Shown in pieces: positions 12,313-26,659 of a DNA stretch of 64,000 nt (its first letter is position 1; each line of letters begins with the position of its first letter). The notes below the pieces were generated by a model, which was not told where the DNA came from, made no database searches, and saw only the letters and a list, made by a program, of their open reading frames with translations. The stretch is from Camelus ferus (lineage: Eukaryota). The stretch spans positions 93,002,001 to 93,066,000 of the forward strand of contig NC_045697.1 of assembly GCF_009834535.1 (NCBI RefSeq), read 5' to 3'. A program made the translations under genes and the position numbers.

Positions 12313-14329
12313 AATATTCTAGGCATTTCACTGTAAATATTGGTAAGACTTTTTGTTTTTTACAGTAACTTTGATAGCCTTTTGGAAACAGGAATTACAT
12401 ATGGATAAGACCCTGTGCTATCTTATTGCTAATTATATTTTTCTCCTCTCCCTACACCTCTAGAAGAATTAAAACACTGGAATTCCTTAATAATTTAGCT
12501 CTGTTGAGAACATATTATTCTGTGTAAGTAAAAATCATTTCATTTTTATTTTGTCATATTCAAAGGTTATTATTGTTTAAATGTCTTAACAATAAAAAGT
12601 AGAAATGTAGTTCCATTGGAAAAAAATATGAGAAACAGCTTAACAAATTTTATTTTCCTATGTAGCTACAAGCTTCTGAGGCCCCTGTATTAGATGGCTG
12701 GAATTGACTCTTGGGAATAAAAAATTCTATATTTAAAAAAGCTTTAATTTGTTGAGACCTGTTTCTTTGTCTAGTAATTAAATTAAATATTGCATTATAT
12801 ATTCTTTGTAGTTTTAATGCTATTTTCTCCCAGCTTTATTGTTTGGTTTCTAAATTTGACCTTCTAAATTGGGTAAGAAAACATATTTTCAGTACCATAT
12901 AACAGTCCTTACCAGAGCTCCTTTTCACAGTACCATTGGTTATATGATGATATATATAAGATATTAATAGCCATGTGAAATTTACAATAGCAATTTTTAA
13001 GAATGAAAAGAAAAAAAAACTAGCCCTACAGATTTCATAATCCAAATAGTGTAACGTTGACAAACATAGAATATCCTTTAATAGATTTAAATTTAGAATT
13101 AAGAATAACTGCTTTGTAAAATTCCCAGTATGAATCAAAATCTAACATTTCAAAAATATCTCAAAGCTATGAATCAATTTAAAAGTTATCCTTTTTTTCT
13201 AAATCTCAAATAGAAACATTCCAAAAAATTTAATTGTCTGTTTTCTTTTATTTCTATGTTATTTCATGCATTTGAAATTTCTTAAAAAATATAATGATAT
13301 TCAACTTGTAAAAGAGCTTTACATTGATTTAAGACAGACTTTGCCAAAATACAATTTCTTTTTGTGTAGTTCATACTCTTGTCTAATTAGTGGCCTTTTA
13401 CTTTTTCCCTCCTTGAGTATATTTTGCATTTCATCTCTTCAAACTCATCAGTACTGTTTAATATGGAAATAATAGGTGAGTCTCAGCATGCTGGACTGCC
13501 TTCAGGAAACACTTTCTTTTATTTCACTGTACAGCATAGCATGGTCTTTACTGTGCATTCACATGAAATGTGACTGTGAGTTCTAATAGGTTATAACATT
13601 GTACCCCTGCAGTGAAGTTATAGCCTTGCTGTGATAAGAAGCAGCATATGTTTTCTACTCTCAACTTGGAAGAATGATTTCCTGACAACTGATGCTGAAG
13701 ATGCATCATTAATATGTGGCTTAAATTACTTGACTGCATTCTTAAGGAAATTCAGAATATTGCACCTTTCTTTGAAAATTAAGATTATCTAATTTATGTT
13801 TAATGAAACCTCTCAAATATAGTTTAGAAAACTAATTGTCCTTTATGTTTTTAAATTGCATAGCTATGCAATCTAATCATGGAATTTATTTGTAATATCC
13901 CATGTATTTTTTAATAATATGTTTAAATAAATTATTATGAGGAAGTAAAGCTGTTTTTATTTTTTCTTCATCATTTACATACTAAAGAACATCCCCTGAG
14001 CCTTTTATAAAATTCTTTAGTGAGGATAATGGCCACATCTAAACACAAAGTGAGTATATAAAAAATAACATAATATTTGTTCATTGATATAATTTATTTA
14101 TCTGAATCACTCATGGGAGATGATCTTATTGATTCATTCAATAACTATATAAGAAGCAGGGAGGAAACCTGCGAGGGGGAGAGTGGCAAGTGGTAATAGA
14201 GTTGAGGGGCAGTTTTTGTTGGTAGTTATGTGAAGAGAGGGAAGATAACTTAGCGCCTCCTAGGCTTTGAATTGGTGATCTATGGGGGAGTTTTGAGATG
14301 AGAGACACAACCCAGTTCATGTTAAATAA

Positions 14330-15000
14330 TACCTTACTGTGTTGAGAAGAAACCTTAAGTAGCAAGTGTGAAAACAAGGTTAGCTGGAGGTGTCTATAAT
14401 TATATAGGTTAAAGATGAGGGTGATGAGGGCTGAGTGATGGGAAGGTCATGGAAACCTGGAAGTGTTTTCAAGTGAAGCTTGCAGATTTCCAGGTGAACT
14501 GGATATGTGTTATCTGTGTGAGAGAACAAGAAAGATCACAGGTGTCTCTGATTTTTTTTTTTTTTTTTTTTCGCTTGAGCAGCCAGAAGGATGATGTTGC
14601 CAACAACTGAGATAAGGGGAGACTCAAGGTAAAGGAGATCTTGGGGGGGAATATTAGAATTTCATTGATGAACATGTTGAGTTTGAGATCCTCATAAACA
14701 TACCCAATCTTAGTAGGTGATTGGATAAACCAGTCTTGACATGAAAGAAGTATGAACATGTAAATTTGGGTAAACCAGAACTATAAATCACATAGCCAGG
14801 AAGAGATCACCCAGGGAACCTGTGAAGATAGAGAAAAACAGGACCAAATTCTGAGATCTCAGATAGTCCATCATTCTGATATGAGAGTAATGAAAAGGGA
14901 CTAACAATGAAATTAATGGGATAGAAGTGAGGTCTTCCAGAAGCCAGGGCAATGCATGAGGGAAAAATTAATGATCAAGTATATCAAATGTTTGTGATAA
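14330..15000 (-). mobile_element. L2 LINE fragment
   Basis: Reverse L2 motifs GCTTGAGCAGCCAGAAGGATGATGTTGCCA...TGAGAT and GAACATGTTGAGTTTGAGAT. Confidence 0.7.
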
Positions 15001-18000
15001 AATCAATGTTGATTTTGTACAGAAAATTTACCTTTCTGTTTAGCAATGTTTTGAGATATAGCCACTAAATGGGTGAGTTATTAAACAACTGTAATTTTAT
15101 AGGTATGATTTTATCCAGTACAATTCTGTTAAATTTGCATTAACTCAGTGATTATATGAATCAATTAGAGAAACATAAGTCAGTTCATATATAATGATTT
15201 AACAGTAACATAATCAAAATTATATTAAAGAATGACAATAATTTGGGTGTAGTCTTAGAGGATTTATAGAACATTCAATTATATTACATTTGTCTTTGGC
15301 ATTTATAATTGTTAAGAGTTTCCATACAGTATCACTTCCTTTCAACATCAAACACAAAATCATCTGCATGCTGGCTCAATTATTTGACAATCTGTACTGC
15401 TTATTTCATTAATATGATCAGGTTTTAAAGTATCTTCACTTTAACATATTTTAATGTTTTTGAAAAATAAATGCTTAAATAAAAGCAGGATGCATATATC
15501 CTACAAAGTAAACACACTTTAATTCTGTTGAATTGTATGATATTTATTGAGAATCTTTTGTGTGCAAATGTCTACATTAGTTTCTCCAGGAGGTACAAAA
15601 GTGAATTTTCAACACAAGAAGCAATAAATTCTATTGCTTCCTTTGCCCATTACATGGTAATACGAAGGAGATTGATGAATGGGGAGGGAAGGGAGATAAA
15701 AATGTCTTCTGTGAGGTCAACACTTTGGCGGTATTGGGTATTTCCTTTTTGTCATGGTTGTTTTCATCCTCATAGACTTTTACAAAATGTTTAACAAGGT
15801 TTTTTTTATTATTATTACTGATTTCCATCTTCATCATTGCTGCAAACTATAGACAGATTTAAATGGTTCTGACAAACACATTACTTAGAAATTAAGCACA
15901 GAAAATTATCCTTCTAGGAAAGAGAAGCTAGCATGTAGGGGTTGATAAATGAGAAACTATTTATCTTACTGTTTGTTTTCTCTGCTTCCTCTGAATTTTC
16001 AGCCTTTCTGTCTTTTAAATCTACAATATATTCAAAAGAAGCTTCTTAAGTTTCTTTCTCTCTATACCAACCACAGTTTTGGTAAACAAATTATGTGAAT
16101 TGGTCCATAGGTTATCGAATGCCTTTATTGTTGTGACAAATGAATCTTTTGGAAAACTAAGCAGTTGGTTTAAATAGATGTGACTGAGCGATGCTGTGAT
16201 AAAGAGGTAAAGGTACAATTTCCCTGATACAGAAAAACAGTCCTATACATAAAAATGTAGGTACAAGAATAGGAAAAAATGGTGTGGGGTAGAGGAAGAA
16301 GTTGTCATCGCTTTTCAACAGTAATAATAATTGTCCTCTATTGATGGGTATTATACTTTCTAAAAAAAAATCTGCTGTCTTCTGAGTTTAGGTTTAGATT
16401 TCTTTGTCATATACTAGCTCCTTCGTATTAGTTGACCAATTATGTTTTTTCTCTCTCTGAATAGCTGTCCTCTCTCAGTGTTCCTCAATTGTAATAAAAA
16501 CAAACAAGCAGTCCCCAAACAGCATTCTCTGAAACTTAACTAAGCAAACCCTAACAACTATATATTCTTGTTTGCACATGCTTTTCTCAGATGGTTTTCT
16601 CATTACATCAGAACATTTACTTTTCTTTTATTCTCAATTATACAGAAATGCCCACTGATATCAAATCATAGATGCAAAAATTTAATTATTCCACTTTTCC
16701 CCAAACTTTACAACCATCATATCTTCTATTATTTGAAACTCTACACTTTCTTCTCCACAAAATTATTTTTAATTGCTGACCATATTTCATCTCTGCTCTT
16801 AGAAAAGGAATTAGAAGAAAACAGGGAGGTGATACTGCCGACTCAAGCTCTATTCATTTTTGAGCCCTGCTGTTAATGCATTGTGTTAAAGAGCAGGTTG
16901 CAAATGTGAACCCAGTATATTAATGCAAAAACTATTCATTTGGCAAAATCATTCATGTGAAAACTGTGTAAGCAAATGATATCGAGTGAACCATTTACTC
17001 AGAAGCAAAAGCTGTCACTAATGCTTCACCTATCATATTGCTTAAAGTTTCTGGATTGGAATATATATTTATATTTTTCTCTAATAATGGAGTATCTCAA
17101 CACAGAAAGATGTGCCTAGTTTAATGGTGGGGTGGGAAGAGAGACTTGTTGACTCATGAATTCCAGAATACCACAAAACCTTTTAACTCGAACTGCAATT
17201 ACTTTTATCCAATCTCACCCCTGATCTCAATCTTGCCCACTCTGAGCCAGTGGTATACTGGAATCAGTGTTCTGCATGGCAAGAGTATCAAGAATTGAAA
17301 GCTTTCTTGCATTTTCTGGAAATCGGGGATTATGAGGAGTTCAGGGTGCACCAAGTAATCATGACTTGTGGAAACATCTATTAAGAATGACATACTATTG
17401 AGATCATTGAGTTAGAGGAAGCTTTAAATTGTTTTGCAAATCCCTATTTTTACATTTTCTGGTTTTTCACTCACTAAATTCATTACAGCACTTTCTGGTT
17501 AAATTTGACTTTCCTTTATTTTAATGGTATTATTTTTGAATAAGATATTCACCTGATTTTTCTCACACTGATACTTTTAATCTGATACATAAAATGCACA
17601 TATGTATATATTTGCTTAAGGTTCTTTTAATAAATTTTGACTGAGTACCAACTATATGTGGGGCATTGTGACTGGCGCTCATGGCATTGATGGCTTACAT
17701 TTAGGTTCAGAAAAAATATCAGACATTGTAGATTAAAAGGAGCCCTTGAACTCATCCAGCCAAAATACTTAATTTTATCATCAGAAAAGCCCCTTAATAT
17801 CTTAAGAGATTTCTGACAAGAGAAATTGTCTTTTTTCCCTGTACCCAGGTTGTGATCCTTCATTGGCCCTGAGTTTGTTCAGAGCTATTAGAGTTTTTAG
17901 CAGTGATCCTTGTATACAATTCTCTCCTCATTTTCACTGTTTAAAGAAATCATAAAATCTGTAATACTTAGAATGCATTTTGTATCTTAGTAGTCAAATT

Positions 18001-19330
18001 GAAAATTGTATGCTTACTTTTTGTTTGTTCTCAAGAATATAATGCTATTAGAGGAAAACAGAGAGTCTCTCCTTTTCCAAGAGACAACTGTCAAGTGGAA
18101 ACTTTTCAATATTGGGGTCAGAGAGAAGGCAATGAAAACAATGCTTATGAAAATACATAAACTCCCAAATTATGTAAATTCCTCAAGCCGCTTTCCACTA
18201 ATTCTCTTTCTCAGCAGCCTACCTCTCTCCAAAAAAATGACCATTAAGTCTAATATATCAGAGGTTAGAAAATAAACTTAAATAATCCCTTTTGGCTCGA
18301 TTGACCCTGTCTGTCTACATACTATTTCACAGTGATTGAATTTTGATTCTTGGCACTGTGTGCATACTATATATACAAAATATACAATGGGCATGTGAAA
18401 GTTAGTATTCCCTTAATTTCTCACATATGGACTGGCTTAAACTCAGCAAGTTTTACTTTGATGAATTTTGTGGTATGTATAGTAGCTCCAGGGTACTTTT
18501 CAACACCTCTAAAGTTGGTAGTAATTTACTAAGCCCATATATATATTTTAAAATACTATGCTCCCTGGAAGTAAATGAAAGTTGCTGGGATAAAGAATAA
18601 TAATGTTTATTTTTAACTATTGTTTCTATTTCTGAAATTTCACTGTATAATTTACATATGCTGTCTCATTTAATAGGAATCTATTAGAAAATTTTATTTT
18701 CATTTTATAGATGAAGAAAATTAATATATAAAATTTATATATCCAATAAAAATTGGCTTATTCTAATTTTGGACTTAGATTTGTGCTTCCTCGGAGTTGT
18801 ATACATATTTAACCACATACTATGTTGTATTTCAGGGCAGAAAATATTGTCTCAATCAAATTAAAAATTTTGCTGTAATAAGCATGCTTAGCTGCAAGCA
18901 ATCATCACTTACAATCTTAAGTCCAACACAATAATTCAGAAATTTTAAAAAACCTTAGAAACTATTTCAAAGTATATTTTGCCCATAAAAAAAAAGATTA
19001 ATATGTTGGGTTTCTCAATAACAGGTTTTGATTCTAATTCCTGATATGGTCGACTAAAATCCAACTGGTATATCATTTACTGTAAAACAAATGAACAAAC
19101 CAAAAAGCATGCAGATAATGCAGAAGTCCTGGAGAGGGGCACAGAAGCAAAAAGACTTGATGGAGGGTACACATGTGCTTTGAGGAGACATGGGGAAGTG
19201 AACAAGCCCCTGCATGTCTCTGTGGGTCTTAATCTGCAACCAGAAGCAGTCACATGGTGAATATAGTGCCTGCGGGGTGCACACTGGGAAGATCAGGTTT
19301 TCTCACCTAGAAAACCAGAAAGAGAAGCTG

Positions 19331-19908
19331 TGTAACTATGAACATTAAAAAGATCAGAAGAATTTCAGAAAGGAAAGACCTAGCGGGGTTTTCCAAACCA
19401 GGCCCCTCCACATTTTGACCTGACAACTAAAAAACTGTCCCAAGTGTCACTCGCCAGCCGGTCCTACAAGGACAAAATCACCAGCCACTGCAGCTGCTGG
19501 CCTTTAACACACCCTGAGAGAAGTTCAGGGTGGAGATGGGGAAGGAGGCACTCTGTGCTCTGGGAAAAACTGGCAGAACAAGCCTGCAGAGAGTTAGATA
19601 CTTTCAGGAGAAAATGTTATGAACCCAGTTTCTTGCATCTTCTCATGTGTAGAAAAGCACTAAAATTATGACTGGAGTCATCTCATGACTGGCAGCAACC
19701 TTTTACTGAGATGTGTGATTGACTGCAGGTACCCTTTGCCAGAATCACATATATACTGACTTCTCCCCTTATTTCTTCTGAGCAATTCCTCAGAGCTTTC
19801 TGAGAGGATGTGTCCCAGGCTATGGTCCTCAGTAGATCCTTAAATAAAACAGAAACTCACAGGTCTCAGATTGTGCTTTTCCTTTTTTTTTTTTTTTTAA
19901 ATTCAACA
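19331..19908 (+). mobile_element. Solo ERV1 LTR (MER34/MER39-related type)
   Basis: TGTAAC...TTCAACA termini; TATA-like CATATATACT (~19748); AATAAA (~19843); near-TSD GCTG/GCAG. Confidence 0.8.
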
Positions 19909-20460
19909 GCAGACTGAACCTTGAACCATAGATGAAACAGATTCAAACCAGCCTGGTTAAAAAATCTGGATCTGAACTGAGAAGAGAGACGCTGCTTAAG
20001 AAATAGTTCACGATTTAAGCCTAGCCAAATATGTCTTGCCAAAATTAAGAAAACAACGCTGACAAAAAAAAAAAAAAAAAACCAGCATGTAGAATCCGCA
20101 CATCTTAACCTTTTTAACATCAGGGACACAATTGAAATTAACTGAAATATTAAGAAACAAAAAAATGGGACATTCTAAAGAGCAAAGAATGCTAATTGAG
20201 TCCAGAAGCTAAGTGTCCAAAAATGCTAATTGAGGTATCTCAGCTGAAATAAACAAGATGTTGACGCTAGCAGACAAACATCTTACAGCATCTTTTGTAA
20301 CTATTTTCAGTTGAACCTGGTTTCAGTGAATGCAAATCTCACAAAGGACTCTGACATCTCAGGAGAAAAATAGAGACAACAAAAAAGACCCAAATGGATA
20401 TTCCTGGACTAAAAAATATTGTTAATAAAATAACCAACTAAAAGCTGAGATTGAAAAAAA
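19909..20460 (+). mobile_element. Old L1 5'/ORF1 fragment (host of the LTR; probably also 19040-19330)
   Basis: A-rich degenerate ORF1-type sequence (CAAGATGTTGACGCTAGCAGACAAA...GAAAAATAGAGAC...CCAAATGGATATTCCTGGACTAAAAAATA). Confidence 0.5.
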
Positions 20461-20469
20461 GGATCATTG

Positions 20470-21215
20470 CCACCCTCAGGCTGTTATCCTTGAAGTTCAA
20501 CTTGTTTAGGTCACAGAACAATAAAATGCAAATGAAATGATGCTTCAGCTTGCAGTAGAAAGTATTCAGACAAGATCAAGCTAGTGATCTTCTGTCAAAA
20601 GAAAGCTAACATCAAAGTTTTCTCTTACTAATTTGAGTTTTGAAGATATTGAATAAAGTAGGAGTGCTGTTAGAAAGGGTGAAAAATGTTATTGAGCAAG
20701 ATTAAAGAGATGGGATGATGAAGCAGTTCAGTTCTCTCATTAGTTATATTTTAAAATTCAAGACTGAATGTATGCATATGAAGAATGTGCACTTATGATA
20801 AAAAGTCAGGAAGCATCTCAATATCAGAAATTAGGAGTGAGGATAAATCAATTCACAAATGATGAGCATGCTTTAAAAATAACAACAAGAAGGAGATAAA
20901 GTTTATGGGATTTCAGAAGATGAATGATTCTTATTAGATGACAAAGAGTGGGTGTTTAAGAGACCTGAAGATCTGCTAAGTTGTCTTAGAGGCTAATAAA
21001 GTTAGTGTCATCCTTAAAGACTAGTACTTAGCAATACAGCTGCCGAATATAGAAGAATGCATTTCATTCCTCTATATTTTGAAAACTATGATTCTAGTTT
21101 TGCTATTAGGACCAAGTGCATGATGTTATATTTATGGATATATTTTGAAGTATACTTGTAACTATATCAATAATGTGATCTCTCAACAGTTTTTGATTGA
21201 AAGATTAGTGAATTT
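20470..21215 (+). pseudogene. Decayed hAT (Ac/ZBED-like) transposase coding fossil
   Basis: Manual translation across stops and frameshifts gives hAT-like motifs in the correct order: IKC..MLQLAVESI (20521-20566), VLLERVKNVI (20664-20693), LLDDKEW (20931-20951), DLLSCL/EANKVS, VLSN, LSTVFD*K (21180-21203). Confidence 0.55.
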
Positions 21216-21244
21216 TTAATTCTATAGCATAGAGAAATAAAACT

Positions 21245-21805
21245 TCCCTAGATCTCTCAGTGCTTCTGCAAAGTCCTAGACTCCTGAGACTCTTCATGTA
21301 ACCCGAGAATTGTATCTGCAGCCATTTGTCTACCGAATTACTTTGATGATATGAGGGATAATTAAATCCTTTACCTCCCCAAGAAAAGACAAATGCTTAC
21401 AGCTCAGACTAGGTCCCAAAATTAAGCTCTGGGGGTTAGGATGCCTAGGGAGCCAGCTCTCTAGGTCTTTACTTGTAAAATGGACAAAGTCCCAGAACTT
21501 GCAGATGTCCTTATATCTCAAAGAGGAGACCTAGACTATCTGGCTCCTGCACATTTTTCATTTACACACCAATAAATGACTCCGATCTTTCATGTTTTCA
21601 AGGAGACGCCCCTTCTTTCTTTCATAAGCCAAATTGTTTCTCTTAATCCTCATCTATGCAATACTAGACGATTCTCATAAGATATGTGGCATAGTTTTTT
21701 ACGTGTCAGCCAGGAGTATGTGTTGGGGCAAGGGGTACAACACAGTTCTTTACTGTGAAGTAATTAATAATAAATCCATATCTGATCCAGAACATCTCCT
21801 GCATA
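21245..21805 (+). mobile_element. Old LTR (probably ERVL class), family uncertain
   Basis: GC-richer block ending AATAATAAATCCATATCTGATCCAGAACATCTC, similar to old LTR 3' ends; boundaries approximate. Confidence 0.45.
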
Positions 21806-24800
21806 TATTAGATTGATGTGGATGAGATTAATAAATATGTATATTAAAAGTCCAAAACATAAGTATTGTGAAAATGTCCACCAGAAAAATGATATCAAAC
21901 TAATTTTCCTACCAAAATAACATGAGAGCATCCTACACAAACAATATTTTAAGTTAAATTATATTATATTTTATTAATGTATATTTTAATTAAATTATAT
22001 TATATATAAATACATTGATCATATAAGAACATTCTGATTAAATTAATATGATGAAAATAAATTATATTTTCACTATGCCTGGTGAAAACTGATATCACAT
22101 TTTAATTTTTGTTATGTTTCCCAAAATATAAAAATAATTATGGTAGTTATGAGCTTCATGTTGATGCCATTTTGTTGAAAATAGCTTCATCTTTCCAGAT
22201 GCATTACTATTGCAACAGGGGATAACTTTTGACCCCACTGTTACAATTCAGAATAGAGCATTTTGCTTCTGATGGATGAATTAAGTGTAATTTTTTCACT
22301 GTCTCTCCACTTATTTCTTTTCAACTCAGATATATTTTATATTTGTGGGAATTATTTTTTGTTTCATTGTCATTAAACTAGGATTTATTAAGAATGTATA
22401 TATCCTTAATGTTTATATATAGGATGTATATTTTACATATATATTATATATTTTAGACCATGCACTATAACTGGAAGATCAGCTTTTTATATTATTCATA
22501 AAACCAGTCACAAAGAACAAATATATTTTGACTATAGACAGAGCAGTAGAATCTTCCTCAAACCCCTTCTTGTCTATCCTACCCTTAGTTTTTCCTTTTC
22601 TCCCTCAGAACCTTGTGATATTTTCATTTAGTCTGCCTATTCTTCTAAGTCCTTGTTAATTATTGGAGTTTTAATTTCACTTTCCCTCTCTAAATTTCTT
22701 TCTAGACAGGAAATCAAAACCTTGACATCACTGGGTTTTCTTGTCTTCCATCAGACATGAGTTAGTACAGATCACCTGCGTTTGAACCATTTTCTTTTCC
22801 TCCAGCTAAAGTCCCTTGAGCTCTCTCAATGTACTTCTCTCCAACAATAGCAATAGAGAGTATTTCCCAGAATTTTCCTTGATAATGTTTTCTTCTATAC
22901 TGAATCCATGAGCTATAGATAGAACCACACTGTGAGGTAATGAACCAGGTGTATTACTACAGTTTTGTAACACTATGACTTTTGTCTACTGCTATATTAG
23001 TACATTTCTAGTAAATTCCTTTTTTTTTTTTTAATAAAGTAACCACTAGGTTTTGAATAGGAGAAATTTTGTTAATTGACTTTATCCACATTTTTATCTC
23101 AGATAAATTCCCCAGAGAGCTTTTCAGGTTTGTTTGTTGTTTTTGTTGTTGTTTTGTTTTTCTAATTTGATCAATCTGTCTTCTGTGGATGAAACTTCCA
23201 GGGTTTCATTATTTTTATTGTTTTCTTTTTCATTGTTTTTTCTTTTTTCTTTTTTCCCCCCTCTATTCAGGCCCAAGACGATGTCCTCTGCATTTCCCCA
23301 ACCCCTCACAGAACAATGTAGGTTAAGCTCTAGGACTTGTTCTTCACTTGGTGGACTTAGATCAGTGAGATTTGGGTCAGTGTGAGAAAAAAACCAAAAC
23401 AAACCTCTTCTAAGATTCTTCACCTGTGTTCTAATCTCTGCCTCATAAAACCGTGGAAATAAAATCAAAGTGTGCAGTTTTAGAGAACTGCCGTGTGTAA
23501 TACTGGCTTTTGTGTTCCAAGTTTTCAGATATCTTTCTGGATATAGAATATCTCTTCTCAATTTGTTATACTTCTTTTTTTGGTTTTTTTTCTCTCTATC
23601 TTTCACTATTTTCTAAACTATTTTCTCTTTTCAAAGAAATTGTGTACATATGCATGTGTGCAGGTGCATGTGTATGTACTTATTGGGTATTTTTTTTCTC
23701 TTGAGGTGTGCCTTAGAATAACTTAGTTCCCCATCACATGAATAAGAAGAAATAGAAGCTAGGATTGTTTTCAGTGTTAACTCTTGAAATGTTGTAGGAA
23801 AATAGTGACTTACTACAGAGACACAGACAGAGAGAGGGGGTTTCTCGGCTTAAAAAGATAAATCAGGCCATGTAAAGAAGTAAGAATAAGAATGCTAAGG
23901 AGAAGAGTCTACACAATGAGAAAAAGAAAACCAGACATTTTAAGGAGAATATGATCAATAGAATGAAAAAAGATAATGGGTTCATGAAAGAAATGATAGA
24001 TATTCTAGGTATTGAGCAGAATGAGGTGGTATAGGATAAATGAAGGGCAGAATGATGAGGAGCTGTGAACAATCATGTCAAATTCTAAAGACATTTCATT
24101 ATTTTCTCGGTGAGCTAATTAGTGCAGCAATATTTATTGCAGTACTATTACGTTTCAGGTTGTAAAGAAAAATAAGATAGATCCCCTAGCCTCAAAGAGC
24201 TTACAGCTAATAGATAAAAGTGGACAAAGATAAACGTAAATAGGCTAAAGAATCATTTTTCCTGTGGGAAAAATGTGTAAATAACACAGGAAAGAAGAAT
24301 ACTACTCATACTTTTTGTTGTTGAGATTTGAGGTCTGAAGTTAAGAAATAAAAATTGGAACTATGTGAAGGGTGTCCAAAACTAAATCTTATTAGTGTTA
24401 GAAAGTCACTGAAGAACTTTTAAAAAGTTGTTTTTGGCCAAGAGTTGGGGAATAAGACAAATTCAAATAAGTGAGCAGGCTAGAGAGTGGGATAAAGAGG
24501 GTTTAATCAAGCATTCTACGGCCGTGAACTTAGATTTCTCTACCTGGACACAAATGGGACTGATTTTTTGACAGACTGGCTAACGTAACCCCTTAAGCAG
24601 TTATGTGTACAGGCCTTGGCTATGGATATATATCCAGAAGTATATCTATAGATCATCAAAATAGTATGAAACACTTTTTTTTTCTTTTTACATAACAAGC
24701 TTGGCATGTCTCACTAGCATCCTCCTACATGCAGTGAGAGAAGAAACAGACTGTGTTAAGAATGCATTTGAATATAAATATTTGTGTCTGAGATTATCCT

Positions 24801-25043
24801 AATGTACACAGAGCAATTAAAATATTTATGCCATCTTATATGTAATTTATTCAAAGAAAATCAATATAAGAACTACTGAGAAAACAATCTATTTCCTCAA
24901 GGAGCTGTTACAATGCTGGGATGGGAGCAGTGGCATGGTGGTGTCCTGAAGGTTGATGTGAAACCGTGGCTTTGAGTCCTGAGTCTACAGAGTCCTGAGT
25001 TTATTTGCTTCATAACTTTGGATGTATAACCTATATCATTACT

Positions 25044-25073
25044 GTGTGTGTGTGTGAGTGTGTGTGTGTGTGT
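25044..25073 (+). repeat. (TG)n microsatellite, interrupted
   Basis: Seen directly. Confidence 0.9.
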
Positions 25074-25139
25074 TTGTAGCAGGAAAATGCACATTTACTT
25101 CTTAACATAGATGTAAGGATAGGAGGATGTTTTGCACCC

Positions 25140-25293
25140 TCTTTTACGTTTTGGGTGTTCTGTCTTGTTTTCCTTAGTAAACCTCATCGTGCTATGTGAT
25201 ACATGCCTAACTGACAGGCAGACTTACTGAGGGCTCCAGAGCCAATCTGCACATAAAATGTTAGCAAAGTTTATTATTTTCATGGTAGGCATT
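25140..25293. repeat. Copy 1 of a diverged ~150-bp direct duplication
   Basis: Aligns by eye to 26660-26816 (shared CCTTAG.AAACCT, GTGCTATGTGATACA, CTGAC.GGCAGAC.TACTGAG..CTCCAGAG, TTAG.AAAGT, GTAGGCAT). Confidence 0.85.
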
Positions 25294-26024
25294 GAGTGCT
25301 GAGCAAAAGACTTTACAAATGGCACTATGATCACTGTAATTGGTGTAATTGGTGTATGATGCTCATACGTAGTGATATGGTAAACAGGTCTTTCAGAAAG
25401 TTATTTATTTTGCCACAAGACCATTTCAAATGTTTCTAAATGTAAACTGCTCTCTAGCGAAAAATTATTTTCTGAGTTCGTTGAAGAATATCATGAAAAG
25501 GTACCTATCTCTTTTCTATACTGTCATCAGACTTTAGGTCGACAATAGAACTTAGCTCTCACTTCCTTTAGAGATGTCATATTGGTATGGTGATGAGGAA
25601 CTGGTAGCTCTAAACACAACAGCCTCTGCTTGAAATTTAATATTCTTCAAGTAAGGGCTTTAATGAGCCAGTTATTATTGGTTAGGTTAAGTGTTATAAT
25701 TAGTAATTCTTGCTTATTATGGCTTCTCATATTGCTCTTGGAGGAACCCCGTGTTACTGAAAAGTGGTCCAGTATAACAGGAAAAGCAAGGTCAAATATT
25801 GTTTGTAACAAATACTCTTCTGCTGCAGTAACTAGTTACACAATATTGGACCCTGGTATCTTGGGTCCTTGATAGGGATGTTAATTTCTATCCTGCACTG
25901 TTGGTGTGGAAGTTCAAATAAATGCACTAAAGAATCACAATACAGTGGACACTTGGTGAAAGATAGCTATTATTAATACCTCTTTGGAGAAACAAAGAGA
26001 TAGAAGAGCTTGATAATACAGAGC

Positions 26025-26225
26025 TAATGTGCACAAATATTGTATCAGAATATCCTGGGCAGCACAGAAAGTTCACAGGGGCATGATAGGATATTTTAAA
26101 ATTTCAAGGAAGCACAGTGACTTTTGATGTCCACTGTATGGATTTGAATTCAAGGTCACAGTTTTAAAATTAAATTGGGCCATTACTTTCAATTATCTTG
26201 TATCTTTGCAAAACTGAGTTTGTAA
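26025..26225 (+). mobile_element. hAT-Charlie DNA transposon fragment (Charlie4-like)
   Basis: TCACAGGGGCATGATAGGATATTTTAAAATTTCAAGGAAGCACAG...TATCTTTGCAAAACTGAGTTT resembles the recalled consensus. Confidence 0.5.
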
Positions 26226-26659
26226 GAGCTGCACATTTTTTACGTATTTTTCTTAAAATCACATTATTTTTGTAAAGGCCTTACATTTACTATTATCAAA
26301 CAATATTTCAATGCATGATGTAAGATGTTTCTTTTTAATGTTAGTAGACCAAAAAAAAAAAAAAAAAAACTAAATCATTTTGATTTTTCCAGTTTCTTAG
26401 ATGATGCATTCAATCATATGTGGTTAAATTTATCATACTGAGAAAAGCATGTATAAGTTGCTGGAAAATACATTTTGCTTTTTTGGGGGAGGTGGATGGG
26501 AGTGTTTGCTTATTTATTTTTGCATTACTGGTATTTTCCAGAATTCTTTGCAGATCTTTTTTAAGCCATTTTTTTTTCAGATATACTAATAATAAAATTA
26601 ATCTGGTACATAAAAACGCATTATATCATCACATGCTAACATGAATAAAATATGATGAT

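Noticed and set aside
13451..13575. Two adjacent plus-strand exon-like units (13451-13474, 13535-13575) with gtgagt donors
   Set aside because: The intervening intron would be only 60 nt, short for a mammal, and most frames contain stops. This shows how easily such signals arise by chance here.
23124..23606. Longest ORF in the track (160 aa, minus strand)
   Set aside because: Its K/N/E-rich stretches come from T-rich low-complexity tracts on the plus strand; no recognisable domain.
24693..24725. 33-nt minus-strand exon-like unit (EDASETCQACY) with a good acceptor
   Set aside because: Donor is weak (T|gtaaaa) and the phase is incompatible with the neighbouring candidate.
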